NCBI GenBank assembly: GCA_963663765.2
Contig: CAXXUA010000005.1
Coordinates: forward strand, 1,376,001-1,440,000
DNA: 64,000 nt
Reading direction: 5' to 3'
From: Candidatus Poribacteria bacterium
Lineage (GTDB): Bacteria > Poribacteria > WGA-4E > WGA-3G
How positions within the stretch are numbered: the first letter of the stretch is position 1; every line of letters starts with the position of its first letter. The notes beneath the pieces were generated by a model. That model was not told the DNA's origin. It worked only from the letters and a program-made list of their open reading frames with translations, and made no database searches. Positions 1-9,762 of this stretch are shown here, in pieces. The position numbers and the translations under genes are program-made.

Positions 1-1180
1 CAGGCGTGCTTTATCGCGCCCCCCCCCCCACCTGCCCCCCACCTGCAGGCGTGCTTTATCGCGCGCCCCCCACCTGCAGGCGTGCTTTATCCGCGCGCCC
101 CCCTCCTGCCCCCCAACCGCAGGCGTGCTTTGTTAGCGCACCTGCCACCTGCCCCCCAACCGCAGGCGTGCTTTGTCCGCGCGCGCCATCCAACTGCCTC
201 CCACCTGCAGGGGTGCTTTGTCCGCGCCCCCCCAACTGCCTCCCACCTGCAGGCGTGCTTTGTAAGCGCACCCTCGATGGTAGGCGTGCTTTGTCCGCGC
301 GCGCCATCCAACTGCCTCCCACCTGCAGGCGTGCTTTGTCCGCGCGCGCCATCCAACTGCCTCCCACCTGCAGGCGTGCTTTGTCCGCGTGCGCCCCCCT
401 CCTGCCTCCCACCTGCAGGCGTGCTTTGTCCGCGCGCGCCCCCCCTCCTGCCTCCCACCTGCAGGCGTGCTTTGTCCGCGCGCCCCCCTCCTGCCTCCCA
501 CCTGCAGGCGTGCTTTGTCCGCGCGCCCCCCACCTGCAGGCGTGCTTTGTCCGCGCGTCGCCCTCCTGCCCCCCACCTGCAGGCGTGCTTTGTAAGCGCG
601 GCGCCGCCCTCCTGCCCCCCACCTGCAGGCGTGCTTTGTCAGCGCGCGCCGCCCAACTGCCCCCCACCTGCAGGCGTGCTTTGTCCGCGCGTCGCCCTCC
701 TGCCCCCTAACTGCAGGCGTGCTTTGTCAGCGCGCGCCGCCCTCCTGCCTCCCACCTGCAAGGCATGCTTTGTCTGCGCGCGCCCCCTCCTGCCTCCCAC
801 CTGCAGGCGTGCTTTGTCAGCGCGCCCCCCACCTACAGGCGTGCTTTGTCCGCGCGCCGCCCTCCTGCCCCCTAACTGCAGGCGTGCTTTGTCAGCGCGC
901 GCCGCCCTCCTGCCTCCCACCTGCAGGCGTGCTTTGTAAGCGCGCCACCTAACTGCCTCCTAACCGCAGGCGTGCTTTGTCCGCGCGCCACCTAACTGCC
1001 TCCCACCTGCAGGCGTGCTTTGTAAGCGCGCCTGCCAACTGCCCCCTAACCGCAGGCGTGCTTTGTAAGCGCACCCCCGATGGTAGTCGTGCTTTGTAAG
1101 CGCACCCCCGATGGTAGGCGTGCTTTGTAAGCGCGCTGGTACATCAAGTCCCAAGAGCGCGCTTACAAAGCACGCCTACA
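1..1180. repeat. C-rich tandem expansion of a REP-like unit (core CCCACCTGCAGGCGTGCTTTGT(C/A)(C/A)GCGCG, variable C-rich linkers), ending in an inverted GTAGGCGTGCTTTGTAAGCGCGC...GCGCGCTTACAAAGCACGCCTAC doublet; truncated by window edge
   Basis: Core repeated roughly 30 times; same terminal doublet and flank recur at ~59250-59340; right end of a CAGGG-type MITE follows at ~1225-1313. Confidence 0.9.
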
Positions 1181-1369
1181 ATCTGAAAAATATTTATTAC
1201 CCGATTAATAAATTAATCTTCATACAGGACTAAAGAACTAGACAAGATGGTATCCCATAAAATTAACGACATAGCAAAATAATACCAAAAATATTGAAAA
1301 CTAAAAAACACCCAAATTATATTCACACCTATTGCTAAATATGTTATTATTTAGAAAATTGATTGTGGT

Positions 1370-2316
1370 GGGTGTGTAAAGTTTTTGCACAGAGGTACTA
1401 ACTTTTTCTCTTTAGTTCCGTAGGGACGCAATGTTTATAGAAAGACGTTTTTACATCCCTCTCTTTAGTTCCGTAGGAACGACATAGAAGGATAAACATA
1501 TCGTCCCTACCAAATCAACGCCAAATGCGCCAAATCAACGGTATGAATGCCATTAAGGCATTCCCCGTATGGCATTTGGCGGGACTAAAAAGACGTGGGG
1601 ATATGTATTTCTATAAACATATCGTCCCTACGGGACTGAAGAATATGGTTAATATTAACAATATTTCTTTATATTGACACCTAATGACGTTTGACAATCA
1701 AAATCGGCAATTGAATTCGTAGGGGTTGGGTTCCCCAACCCGTTTGGTTTTTGAGTTTGCGTAGATCATGTGTGGAAACCACGCCCCTACGCATACACAA
1801 CTTGAACGTCAAAACTCATTAGGACTCTGTGTCCGCAATCTCTCATTTAATCAATTGCGGCGGGACACAGAGACCCGGGGAATGCCTCAATGGCATTCAT
1901 ACCGTTGATTTGGGGGAATGCCTAAATGGCATTCATACCGTTGATTTGGGGGAATGCCTAAATGGCATTCATACCGTTGATTTGGGGGAATGCCTAAATG
2001 GCATTCATACCGTTGATTTGGGGGAATGCCTCAATGGCATTCATACCGTTGATTTGGGGGAATGCCTAAATGGCATTCATACCGTTGATTTGGGGGAATG
2101 CCAAAAGGCATTCATACCGTTGATTTGGGGGAATGCCAAAAGGCATTCATACCGTTGATTTGGGGGAATGCCTCAATGGCATTCATACCGTTGATTTGGG
2201 GGAATGCCTCAATGGCATTCATACCCGGGGAATGCCAAAAGGCATTCATACCGTTGATTTCTTGATTTCGTCCTACAATGGAGAGTGGGATGTTTGTGCA
2301 AAAACTTTACACACCC
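1370..2316. mobile_element. MITE family A (TIR GGGTGTGTAAAGTTTTTGCACA) carrying several REP-like hairpins and the 36-bp array
   Basis: Perfect 22-bp TIRs; 8-bp target duplication ATTGTGGT at 1362-1369 and 2317-2324; related copies at 3513 and 36625. Confidence 0.85.
1877..2269 (+). repeat. Tandem array (~11 copies) of 35-36-bp hairpin unit GGGGAATGCC-N4/5-GGCATTCATACCGTTGATTTG
   Basis: Direct reading; no unique spacers between units. Confidence 0.9.
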
Positions 2317-2404
2317 ATTGTGGTGCATCACAGTTTAGAGAGTCTTTGGTCTTTGGTATCATTACTTGGTTAACACCCTCTTAATTTTAAAGTAGGAAAT
2401 ATAA

Positions 2405-3511
2405 ATGTTTGAAAACGGACAGGAAGTTGCACAGATTGCGTTATTTCAAGGTGTAGACACCACATTTGAGATCCGAGAAGTGCCGGTAACATCTTTTCCA
2501 AACACCGTTTTGGTGCGGGTCAATTTATCGACCATCTGCGGTTCGGACCTCCACACTGTATCGGGCAGACGTAGTGCTAACGTACCATGTGTGCTTGGGC
2601 ATGAAGCAGTCGGTACTGTCGCTGCACCGACAGGATTACGTTCTGCTGAAGGGAAACCACTTCACGAGGGCAACAGAATTGTATGGAGTCTGACGACTTC
2701 TTGTGGAACATGTCATTTCTGTGTAAACAAGTATCTGCCACAGAAATGCGAAACAATGTTCAAATACGGGCATGCACAGTGTGTAGGTGATGATGAGTTA
2801 TCTGGTGGGTTTGCATCACATATTCAGTTGAAGGCAGGCACAGCAATCTACCATATTCCCGATGCGATTCAAGATGCCGAAGCGGTCCCTATTAATTGTG
2901 CCCTTGCAACAGTCATAAACGGCTTGGAAACGATTGGTACATATCCAGGCGAGACTGCCATTATCCACGGTGCGGGGATGTTGGGCATCTATGCTGCATG
3001 CTATTTGCGTGAACAAGGTTATGACATTGTGGCTATCGTTGATAAAAATCCCCACCGTTTACAGATGGCTGAACAGTTGGGTGCAACACATATCCTTAAC
3101 GCAGACATTACATCTGCTGAAGATATTACAACTATCCTGATAGAGATAACGAATGGACGAGGGATTGACCTTGCAGTTGAAGTCAGTGGCGCACCGTCTG
3201 CCCTGCCTGATATGATTAAATGGTTAGCAATCGGTGGTAGATGTTTGACGCTTGGGTATGTTTACCCACTTGAAAACATTCCTTTTAATGTTCACCAAAT
3301 AGTTACGAAGTGTATTAAGCTGCAAGGTGTTCACAATTATCATTCTACCGTACTAAAAACTGCTTTGAGCTTTATTGAAAACAACAGGACACGTTATCCA
3401 TTTGCAGAACTCATCGGAAAAATCTATCCATTGTCTGAGATTGACGATGCTTTTGCACACGCGTTCCGTCAAGATGTTATCCGCATTGCCATAGACCCGC
3501 GGGTGAATTAA
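2405..3511 (+). CDS. Zinc-binding alcohol dehydrogenase (MDR family)
   Basis: ICGSDLH and GHE motifs, CxxCxxC...C structural Zn site, GAGMLG Rossmann motif; SD AGGA upstream. Confidence 0.92.
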   Translation: MFENGQEVAQIALFQGVDTTFEIREVPVTSFPNTVLVRVNLSTICGSDLHTVSGRRSANVPCVLGHEAVGTVAAPTGLRSAEGKPLHEGNRIVWSLTTSCGTCHFCVNKYLPQKCETMFKYGHAQCVGDDELSGGFASHIQLKAGTAIYHIPDAIQDAEAVPINCALATVINGLETIGTYPGETAIIHGAGMLGIYAACYLREQGYDIVAIVDKNPHRLQMAEQLGATHILNADITSAEDITTILIEITNGRGIDLAVEVSGAPSALPDMIKWLAIGGRCLTLGYVYPLENIPFNVHQIVTKCIKLQGVHNYHSTVLKTALSFIENNRTRYPFAELIGKIYPLSEIDDAFAHAFRQDVIRIAIDPRVN

Positions 3512-3512
3512 T

Positions 3513-4024
3513 GGGTGTGTAAAGTTTTTGCACAGAGGTACTAACTTTTGTTCTCTTTAGTCCCGTAGGGACGCAATGTTTATAGAAAGACGTTATCACA
3601 TCCCTCTCTTTAGTTCCGTAGGAACGACATATAAGGATAAACATATCGTCCCTACGGGACTGAAGAATATGGTTAATAGCAACAATATTTCTTTATATTG
3701 ACACCTAATGAAGTTTGACAATCAAAATCGGTAGTTGAATTCGTAGGGGTTAGGTTCCCCAACCCCTTTGGTTTTTGAGTTTGCGTAGATCATGTGTGGA
3801 AACCACGCCCCTACGAATACACAACTTGAACGTCAAAACTCATTAGGACTCTGTGTCCGCAATCTCTCATTTAATCAGTTGCGGCGGGGCACAGAGACCC
3901 GGGGAATGCCAAAAGGCATTCATACCCGGGGAATGCCAAAAGGCATTCATACCGTTGATTTCTTGATTTCTTGATTTCGCCCTACAATGGAGAGTGGGAT
4001 GTTTGTGCAAGAACTTTACACACC
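3513..4024. mobile_element. MITE family A, second copy
   Basis: Same TIRs and internal sequence as 1370-2316 with shorter hairpin array. Confidence 0.8.
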
Positions 4025-4041
4025 ATTCATAGAAAAACCAA

Positions 4042-4070
4042 TTGAAATAAATTTACTAATGATGTATAAT
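4042..4070 (+). promoter_or_regulatory. Putative sigma70 promoter TTGAAA-N17-TATAAT for the paralog triplet
   Basis: Consensus-like hexamers with 17-bp spacer ~100 bp upstream of 4169. Confidence 0.5.
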
Positions 4071-4168
4071 TTAAAAATCTCATTGCGCTAAGTACGAAAA
4101 ATAATATCCTACCTGATATCAGTAAATTTTTATGAAATTAACCATTTGATAGAAAAGGAGATATTTCT

Positions 4169-4870
4169 ATGCCAAAAAATTTCTACTCACTCCAGATCTT
4201 CTCCTTATTTGTCATCTTGTTCGTTCTCACCGTTGACCTTGCTTATGCGCGAACTTTCAACAACGATTTTGAAACTGGGGACCTTACCGATTGGGAGAAA
4301 ACAGGAACAGCATTTGATTTCCAACCGACTTATGGAGATAACCCAACAGCACGAAACCGGAATCAGCCTTCTCAACATCAAGGTGAGTGGTGGCTTGGAT
4401 TATATGAGAAATACCAAGGTCCCGACAAAGGCGCAGAACTTGGACAGAACCCCGGTGACACACAGGGGGATGCACCTCAAGGAACACTTACTTCAATAGA
4501 GTTCAAACTTATCGGTGAAAAGATGAATTTCCTCATTGGGGGAGGCTATCATCCATGGGAGATTGATGCAAATCCATGTTGTGTCAACCTTGTCATTGAT
4601 GAGGAAGTTAAAAGAACGGCAACTGGCACCACGGTTGACAATGGGAACGAAAGCATGACTCGACAAGAATGGGACATTTCCGAATTTAAGGGGAAAATGG
4701 CAAAAATTGTCATTGTAGATCAAAACAGCGGCGGATGGGGACACCCGAACTTTGATGATGTTCACCAAGCTGATGCCAGTGGTGAAAACATTCCTTGGGA
4801 TCAAGTGCTTACTGTTGAGGCACGTGGGAAGTTAGCTGTCAGTTGGGCACAGATGAAAAAGTATTACTAA
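4169..4870 (+). CDS. Secreted beta-sandwich (carbohydrate-binding-like) protein, paralog 1, with C-terminal KLAVSW tail
   Basis: Signal peptide; DFETGDLTDW, GTLTSxEF, NFLIGGG, WGHxNFDD motifs resembling modules attached to GH32-type enzymes; SD AAGGAG. Confidence 0.8.
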   Translation: MPKNFYSLQIFSLFVILFVLTVDLAYARTFNNDFETGDLTDWEKTGTAFDFQPTYGDNPTARNRNQPSQHQGEWWLGLYEKYQGPDKGAELGQNPGDTQGDAPQGTLTSIEFKLIGEKMNFLIGGGYHPWEIDANPCCVNLVIDEEVKRTATGTTVDNGNESMTRQEWDISEFKGKMAKIVIVDQNSGGWGHPNFDDVHQADASGENIPWDQVLTVEARGKLAVSWAQMKKYY

Positions 4871-4949
4871 TGGCAACTTGATTCTTCATTTCTTATTATT
4901 TCTGATTTAACCGAACACAAAACTCATAAAACAATAAGGAGATATTTCT

Positions 4950-5666
4950 ATGCAAAAAAGATTCTTCACACTCCTGATTCTTGCATTGTTCGTCATCCTG
5001 TTTGTTCTCACCGTTGACCTTACTTATGCAAAGACATTCAACAATGATTTTGAAACGGGAGACCTAACGGATTGGGAAGAGAAAACAGGAGATGCGTTTG
5101 ATTTTCAACCCACTTATGGTGATAACCCAACCGCACGAAACCGTGGACAGCCCTCTAACCATCAAGGCGATTGGTGGCTTGGGTTGGCTGAAAAGTACCA
5201 AGGACCCGTCAAAGGTGCAGCATTGGGCCAAAAAGCTGGTGATATGCCAAAAGACGCTGCTGGTAATTGGGTACCAGACCAACCTCAAGGCACTTTGACA
5301 TCAATTGAGTTCACTATTGTCGGTGAAACGATGAATTTCCTCATTGGTGGAGGTAACCGACCTTGGGATGAAAACCCTGAACCGTGTTGTGTTAACCTCG
5401 TAATTAATGGCGAGGTTGAACGGACTATAACTGGTGAGAGCCATGAAAGCATGAAACGCAAAGAGTGGGATGTTGCCGATTTGAAAGGCAAAACTGCCCA
5501 ACTTGTCGTTGTTGATAATAGCAGCGCCGGATGGGGACATCCAAACTTTGACGATGTTCACCAAGCTGATGCCAGTGGTGATAACATTCCTTGGGATCAG
5601 GTGCTTGCTGTTGACGCACGCGGGAAGTTAGCCGTCAGCTGGGCACAGATGAAAAAGTATTACTAA
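4950..5666 (+). CDS. Secreted beta-sandwich protein, paralog 2
   Basis: Highly similar to 4169-4870; signal peptide; same tail. Confidence 0.8.
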   Translation: MQKRFFTLLILALFVILFVLTVDLTYAKTFNNDFETGDLTDWEEKTGDAFDFQPTYGDNPTARNRGQPSNHQGDWWLGLAEKYQGPVKGAALGQKAGDMPKDAAGNWVPDQPQGTLTSIEFTIVGETMNFLIGGGNRPWDENPEPCCVNLVINGEVERTITGESHESMKRKEWDVADLKGKTAQLVVVDNSSAGWGHPNFDDVHQADASGDNIPWDQVLAVDARGKLAVSWAQMKKYY

Positions 5667-5745
5667 TGGCAACTTGTTCATACATTTCTCATTATTTCTG
5701 ATTTAACCGAACACATAGCTCATAAAACAATAAGGAGATATTTCT

Positions 5746-6441
5746 ATGCAAAAAAGATTCTTCACACTCCTGATTCTTGCATTGTTCGTCATCCTGTTTG
5801 TTCTCACCGTTGACCTTACTTATGCGAAGACATTCAATAACGACTTTGAAACGGGAGACCTAACGGATTGGGAGAAAACAGGAGATGCGTTTGATTTCCA
5901 ACCGACATGGGGTGATAACCCGACAGCACGGAACCGGGGACAACCCTCTAACCATCAAGGAGATTGGTGGCTCGGACTTGCTGAAGCCTATCAAGGACCG
6001 AATAATGAATATGAACAAGTACCAGGTCAACTGGCAGCTGGTGGCGCAGCGGACCGACCTCAAGGCACTTTAACATCCATTGAGTTCATGATCATCGGTG
6101 AAACGATGAATTTTCTTATGGGTGGCGGGAATCGACCTTGGGATAGTAACCCTGAACCGTGCTGTGTTAACCTTGTCATTGATGACAATGTAGAACGAAC
6201 AATGACCGGAAGTAACAACGAAACCATGACCCGCAGAGAGTGGGACGTTTCTAACTTGAAAGGTGAGATCGCAAAACTTGTTGTTGTTGACAATAGCAGC
6301 GGCGGATGGGGACATCCAAACTTTGATGATGTTCATCAAGCCGATGCCAGCGGCGAAAACATTCCGTGGGACTTGGTGACTGCTGTTGAAGCACGCGGGA
6401 AGTTAGCCGTTAGTTGGGCTCAGATGAAGAAGTTTTACTAA
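5746..6441 (+). CDS. Secreted beta-sandwich protein, paralog 3
   Basis: Highly similar to the two upstream genes; duplicated intergenic spacer. Confidence 0.8.
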   Translation: MQKRFFTLLILALFVILFVLTVDLTYAKTFNNDFETGDLTDWEKTGDAFDFQPTWGDNPTARNRGQPSNHQGDWWLGLAEAYQGPNNEYEQVPGQLAAGGAADRPQGTLTSIEFMIIGETMNFLMGGGNRPWDSNPEPCCVNLVIDDNVERTMTGSNNETMTRREWDVSNLKGEIAKLVVVDNSSGGWGHPNFDDVHQADASGENIPWDLVTAVEARGKLAVSWAQMKKFY

Positions 6442-6487
6442 TCCTAAGATTAAGATATTCATCATAAGGATAGATTACGTTCTGTCC

Positions 6488-7441
6488 TTATGATGAAATT
6501 TGTTCTAATCCAGCGCGTTCGCGAAACTTATTGTACGTCTTCAGAATTCCTTGTTCCATCGTATAAGCAGGCGTGAAACCCATTTCCTCAGCAATCGCAG
6601 TAGCATCATAATCCCACGAGATACCAAACACACCCGGTTCCAGTGTAATCTGTGCATCTGGCACTAAAGTCTTCAGATACGCCACTCCCTCTCTCACAGG
6701 TCGGATTCCACCTTTGATATTGAAAACGCGTGTTTTTGTTGTTGAACAAGTGCATGCCAAAACGATAGAACGTGAGACATCCTCCACATATTGCCAGTCT
6801 ACCGAGTCATCACCAAACGGACACGCGTGCGGTTCTTCCATTGCTACTGCTTCAATCATCTTTGTCGTAAAGGAACTCATCCCGCGTGTTCTACCAACCC
6901 CGTAGACTGCGGTAAATCTAAATCCTATTGAATCCACACCGTAAGCATCAAAATAGTGTGTTGCATATCTTTCGTTGAGGGATTTACACGCGCCATAGAT
7001 AAACTTTGGATAATGTGGTGCGTTGTTAGGTATCTGTTGATGGTCATAATCCTCTGGTGCACCGAAGACAGCGACACTGCTTGCCCAGATAACGCGTTTT
7101 AGATTGAAAATCCGCGCTGCTTCAAGCATATTTATCGTGCCTTCACAGACGACTTTCAACGCTTGGGCAGGATTTGCATTGCAGGCTGGAACTTGCCACG
7201 AAGCAAGATGAATAATCCGTTGAATTTCATGTTCCTGAACGGTGCGTAGGACATGCGGAAGGTCTGTAATGTCCCCCTGCACAAAAGTAAAACCTTCAAT
7301 CTGTTCATCCGTGAGAACCATTTTGGGTATAGTTAGGTCGTAAGCGAAATCATAAACGACCACTTTTTCACCGGCGGCTAACAGGTCGCGAATAACATAA
7401 GTACCGATGCATCCCATGCCACCAGTGATCAGATATGCCAT
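6488..7441 (-). CDS. NAD-dependent epimerase/dehydratase (extended SDR)
   Basis: TGGMGCIG Rossmann motif, SS-VFG, YGACK catalytic motif. Confidence 0.9.
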   Translation of the reverse strand: MAYLITGGMGCIGTYVIRDLLAAGEKVVVYDFAYDLTIPKMVLTDEQIEGFTFVQGDITDLPHVLRTVQEHEIQRIIHLASWQVPACNANPAQALKVVCEGTINMLEAARIFNLKRVIWASSVAVFGAPEDYDHQQIPNNAPHYPKFIYGACKSLNERYATHYFDAYGVDSIGFRFTAVYGVGRTRGMSSFTTKMIEAVAMEEPHACPFGDDSVDWQYVEDVSRSIVLACTCSTTKTRVFNIKGGIRPVREGVAYLKTLVPDAQITLEPGVFGISWDYDATAIAEEMGFTPAYTMEQGILKTYNKFRERAGLEQISS

Positions 7442-7492
7442 AGATCATCTCCTTTGTTATCAATGAGGTAAAGCGAAACTACAACAGTGGTT

Positions 7493-7849
7493 CTACTGCA
7501 TATCTATGCTATCAGATTGCGGTTTCTTGATATTCATCGGTTCTTCAACATTGACGAGAATTTCGTCCCCCTCAACTTTTACAGGATAGATAGGGATAGT
7601 CTCCTCACCAGGCCAGACGCATTCCCCAGTTTTTATATCAAACTCCCACATGTGCATTGGGCACGTGACACATCCTTTATCTATAAAACCGTAAGTCAAT
7701 ACCCCACCCAAGTGTGGACAAATATTATTCATTGCATAATACTCACCCTCAACGTTATAGATTCCGATAAAAACACCATCAACCTTGACACCGATGCAGC
7801 TACCCGGTTGTATTTGCTCGGTTGTCGCCGCTTTTATAAATTGTGACAT
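7493..7849 (-). CDS. Rieske [2Fe-2S] ferredoxin
   Basis: CPH...CPMH Rieske ligands; 118 aa. Confidence 0.92.
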   Translation of the reverse strand: MSQFIKAATTEQIQPGSCIGVKVDGVFIGIYNVEGEYYAMNNICPHLGGVLTYGFIDKGCVTCPMHMWEFDIKTGECVWPGEETIPIYPVKVEGDEILVNVEEPMNIKKPQSDSIDMQ

Positions 7850-7872
7850 ATCTGATGTAACTCCAATATAAT

Positions 7873-8029
7873 CAGGACTTACGCAAAAACGGTAGGCGGT
7901 GAATGCCTAAATGGCATTCATACCGTTGATTTGGTGCTTTGTAAGCGCGCTGGAAACCGAAAAAATGCTGAAAATTACACCATTTTTGTCATAATTCTTC
8001 ATCAAATCATGAAAACTGCGTAAGTCCTG
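7873..8029. mobile_element. MITE family D (TIR CAGGACTTACGCA) with REP and inserted 36-bp micro-element
   Basis: TIRs CAGGACTTACGCA/TGCGTAAGTCCTG; related copies at ~24446-24601, 49814-49966, 52623-52787. Confidence 0.75.
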
Positions 8030-8079
8030 ATAATAAAATACAAAACCAATAAGGTTTATCCCATTGATTTTTGAGATAA

Positions 8080-9744
8080 TTAACGTGTTAAAACTTTTCC
8101 TTCACCGCGCGGATCCGTACCGCCTTGTTGACATACCCCACCATCCCACAGTCGAATAACGTGTCCTGGTCCGCCTATACCACCACTTGCGGTAATTTCA
8201 TGCCCAAGTTCGCGCAAGCCTACAAGCGTGTCTTCACCTGCGCGCGTTTCCACTTGGATAGGTTCGGCACCGTCGCTGTGAAACCGAGGTGCGTCTAATG
8301 CTGCTTGTGCTGACATTTCCAAGTCCATAAGGCTTACACTAATATTAAGTTGATTGTTGGGGATTGTGCGTCCCCCAGGAATGCCGTAAGTGGCAAAAGG
8401 CATGCCATCGTGTGTTGCAAGGCATGGTGCCATATTGTGCAACGGACGTTTCCCTGGACCGATAGAATTCGCGTACCCCGGTCTTGGCTCAAAACGACCA
8501 ACACCATGTCCGAATAGCAGACCAGTTCCAGGAACTGTTACCATTGATCCGAAACCACCTCCGTGGGTCTGGGTTAACGATACCATATTCCCTTCAACAT
8601 CTGCTGTAGAGATGTGGCTTGTGCAGTGCATCGGTTCGTAATAGACTATTTCTCCGCGTTGTGGGGATTTGAGACCTGCGCTTAACTTCTTACTAAGTTG
8701 CATCGTGAAACCATCCGAGAGTTCTTCGTCGATGTCTATGTCAACGAAATTTGGATCACCGTATTTCCGAAGTCTTTCCACCCAAGCAATCTTCATCGCT
8801 TCAGCAAAAAGGTGAAACCTTTCAATGAGAGACATCTCAGCCACATCATAAGCTTCTACTAATCGGAGCATCTGTAGCGTTGTGAGTCCACCTGCGCCGA
8901 GTGGTGCTGTATGGACTGAATAACCACGATACAGGATTTCATAAGGTTGGGTAATTAAGGGACGATATTGTTTTAGGTCATTTAGGGTTAGAATACCCCC
9001 TAATTCATGAATGTGGTTGGTGATTGTTTCAGCGATTTTCCCTTCGTAAAATGCTGTATGTCCTCCTTCTGCTATAATCTCTAATGTGCGTGCAAGTTCC
9101 GGATTTGTAAGGGTTTCCCCTTGTTTTGGTGGTCTGCCATTTTTCAGAAATACCCGTGCAGTTTCTGGAAAATCACGTTTCCACCGTTCTGCATTTCCAG
9201 CAATTCCGCCGCGATTCGCGCGGTTCGGTGCATATCCGTAACGTGCTGAGTTGATTGCCGGACGTAAGACATCTGTAAGCGCAAGACTACCGTATTGCTT
9301 CAACGCTATACAGAGTCCCGCGACAACACCAGGAACTCCAATAGACAGCGGACCGTGAACATTGACACGTCCTGGTACGCGATAACCTGCTGGTACATCT
9401 GGTGCATTTTCAATTGTGAACATGTCTTCTGAGGCTGCGGCTGGTGCGGCAGTATTGTAATCAATGGCTACGACATCTTTTGTTTTCTTACGGTAGATTA
9501 GCATGCACCCACCGTAGCCAGCAATGCCGTTATGTGAAGGTTCAACAACGCCTTCTGCAAATGCGGCTGCAACAGCAGCGTCCACGGCATTTCCACCCGC
9601 AAGGAGCATATCAAAACCCGCTTTAGCAGTGCGTGGATGTGGACCGACAACTGTACCAAGTTCTTTTTTAGGTGAATTCACAAGTTTGTCCCTTTCGTTG
9701 AAGGTAATACTTGGAATTTTAAAGGGTTTTTGGTGTATTGTCAA
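8080..9744 (-). CDS. ggt: Gamma-glutamyltransferase family protein
   Basis: GGNAVDAAVA, GVPG, TSHIS nucleophile Thr, PGKRP, DPR end motif; start codon uncertain. Confidence 0.9.
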   Translation of the reverse strand: MTIHQKPFKIPSITFNERDKLVNSPKKELGTVVGPHPRTAKAGFDMLLAGGNAVDAAVAAAFAEGVVEPSHNGIAGYGGCMLIYRKKTKDVVAIDYNTAAPAAASEDMFTIENAPDVPAGYRVPGRVNVHGPLSIGVPGVVAGLCIALKQYGSLALTDVLRPAINSARYGYAPNRANRGGIAGNAERWKRDFPETARVFLKNGRPPKQGETLTNPELARTLEIIAEGGHTAFYEGKIAETITNHIHELGGILTLNDLKQYRPLITQPYEILYRGYSVHTAPLGAGGLTTLQMLRLVEAYDVAEMSLIERFHLFAEAMKIAWVERLRKYGDPNFVDIDIDEELSDGFTMQLSKKLSAGLKSPQRGEIVYYEPMHCTSHISTADVEGNMVSLTQTHGGGFGSMVTVPGTGLLFGHGVGRFEPRPGYANSIGPGKRPLHNMAPCLATHDGMPFATYGIPGGRTIPNNQLNISVSLMDLEMSAQAALDAPRFHSDGAEPIQVETRAGEDTLVGLRELGHEITASGGIGGPGHVIRLWDGGVCQQGGTDPRGEGKVLTR

Positions 9745-9762
9745 GTTTTTCTATGAATTTGG

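Noticed and set aside
6-1154. Pro/Arg/Cys-rich ORFs in several frames
   Set aside because: Stop-free frames expected from a GC-rich tandem repeat; no RBS or domain signal
1877-2269. CRISPR array (36-bp palindromic repeats)
   Set aside because: Units are contiguous with no unique spacers; no cas genes; the same unit is dispersed inside other repeats
4169-6441. Diversity-generating retroelement targets
   Set aside because: Variation is indel-rich rather than adenine-specific; no reverse transcriptase or template repeat in the window
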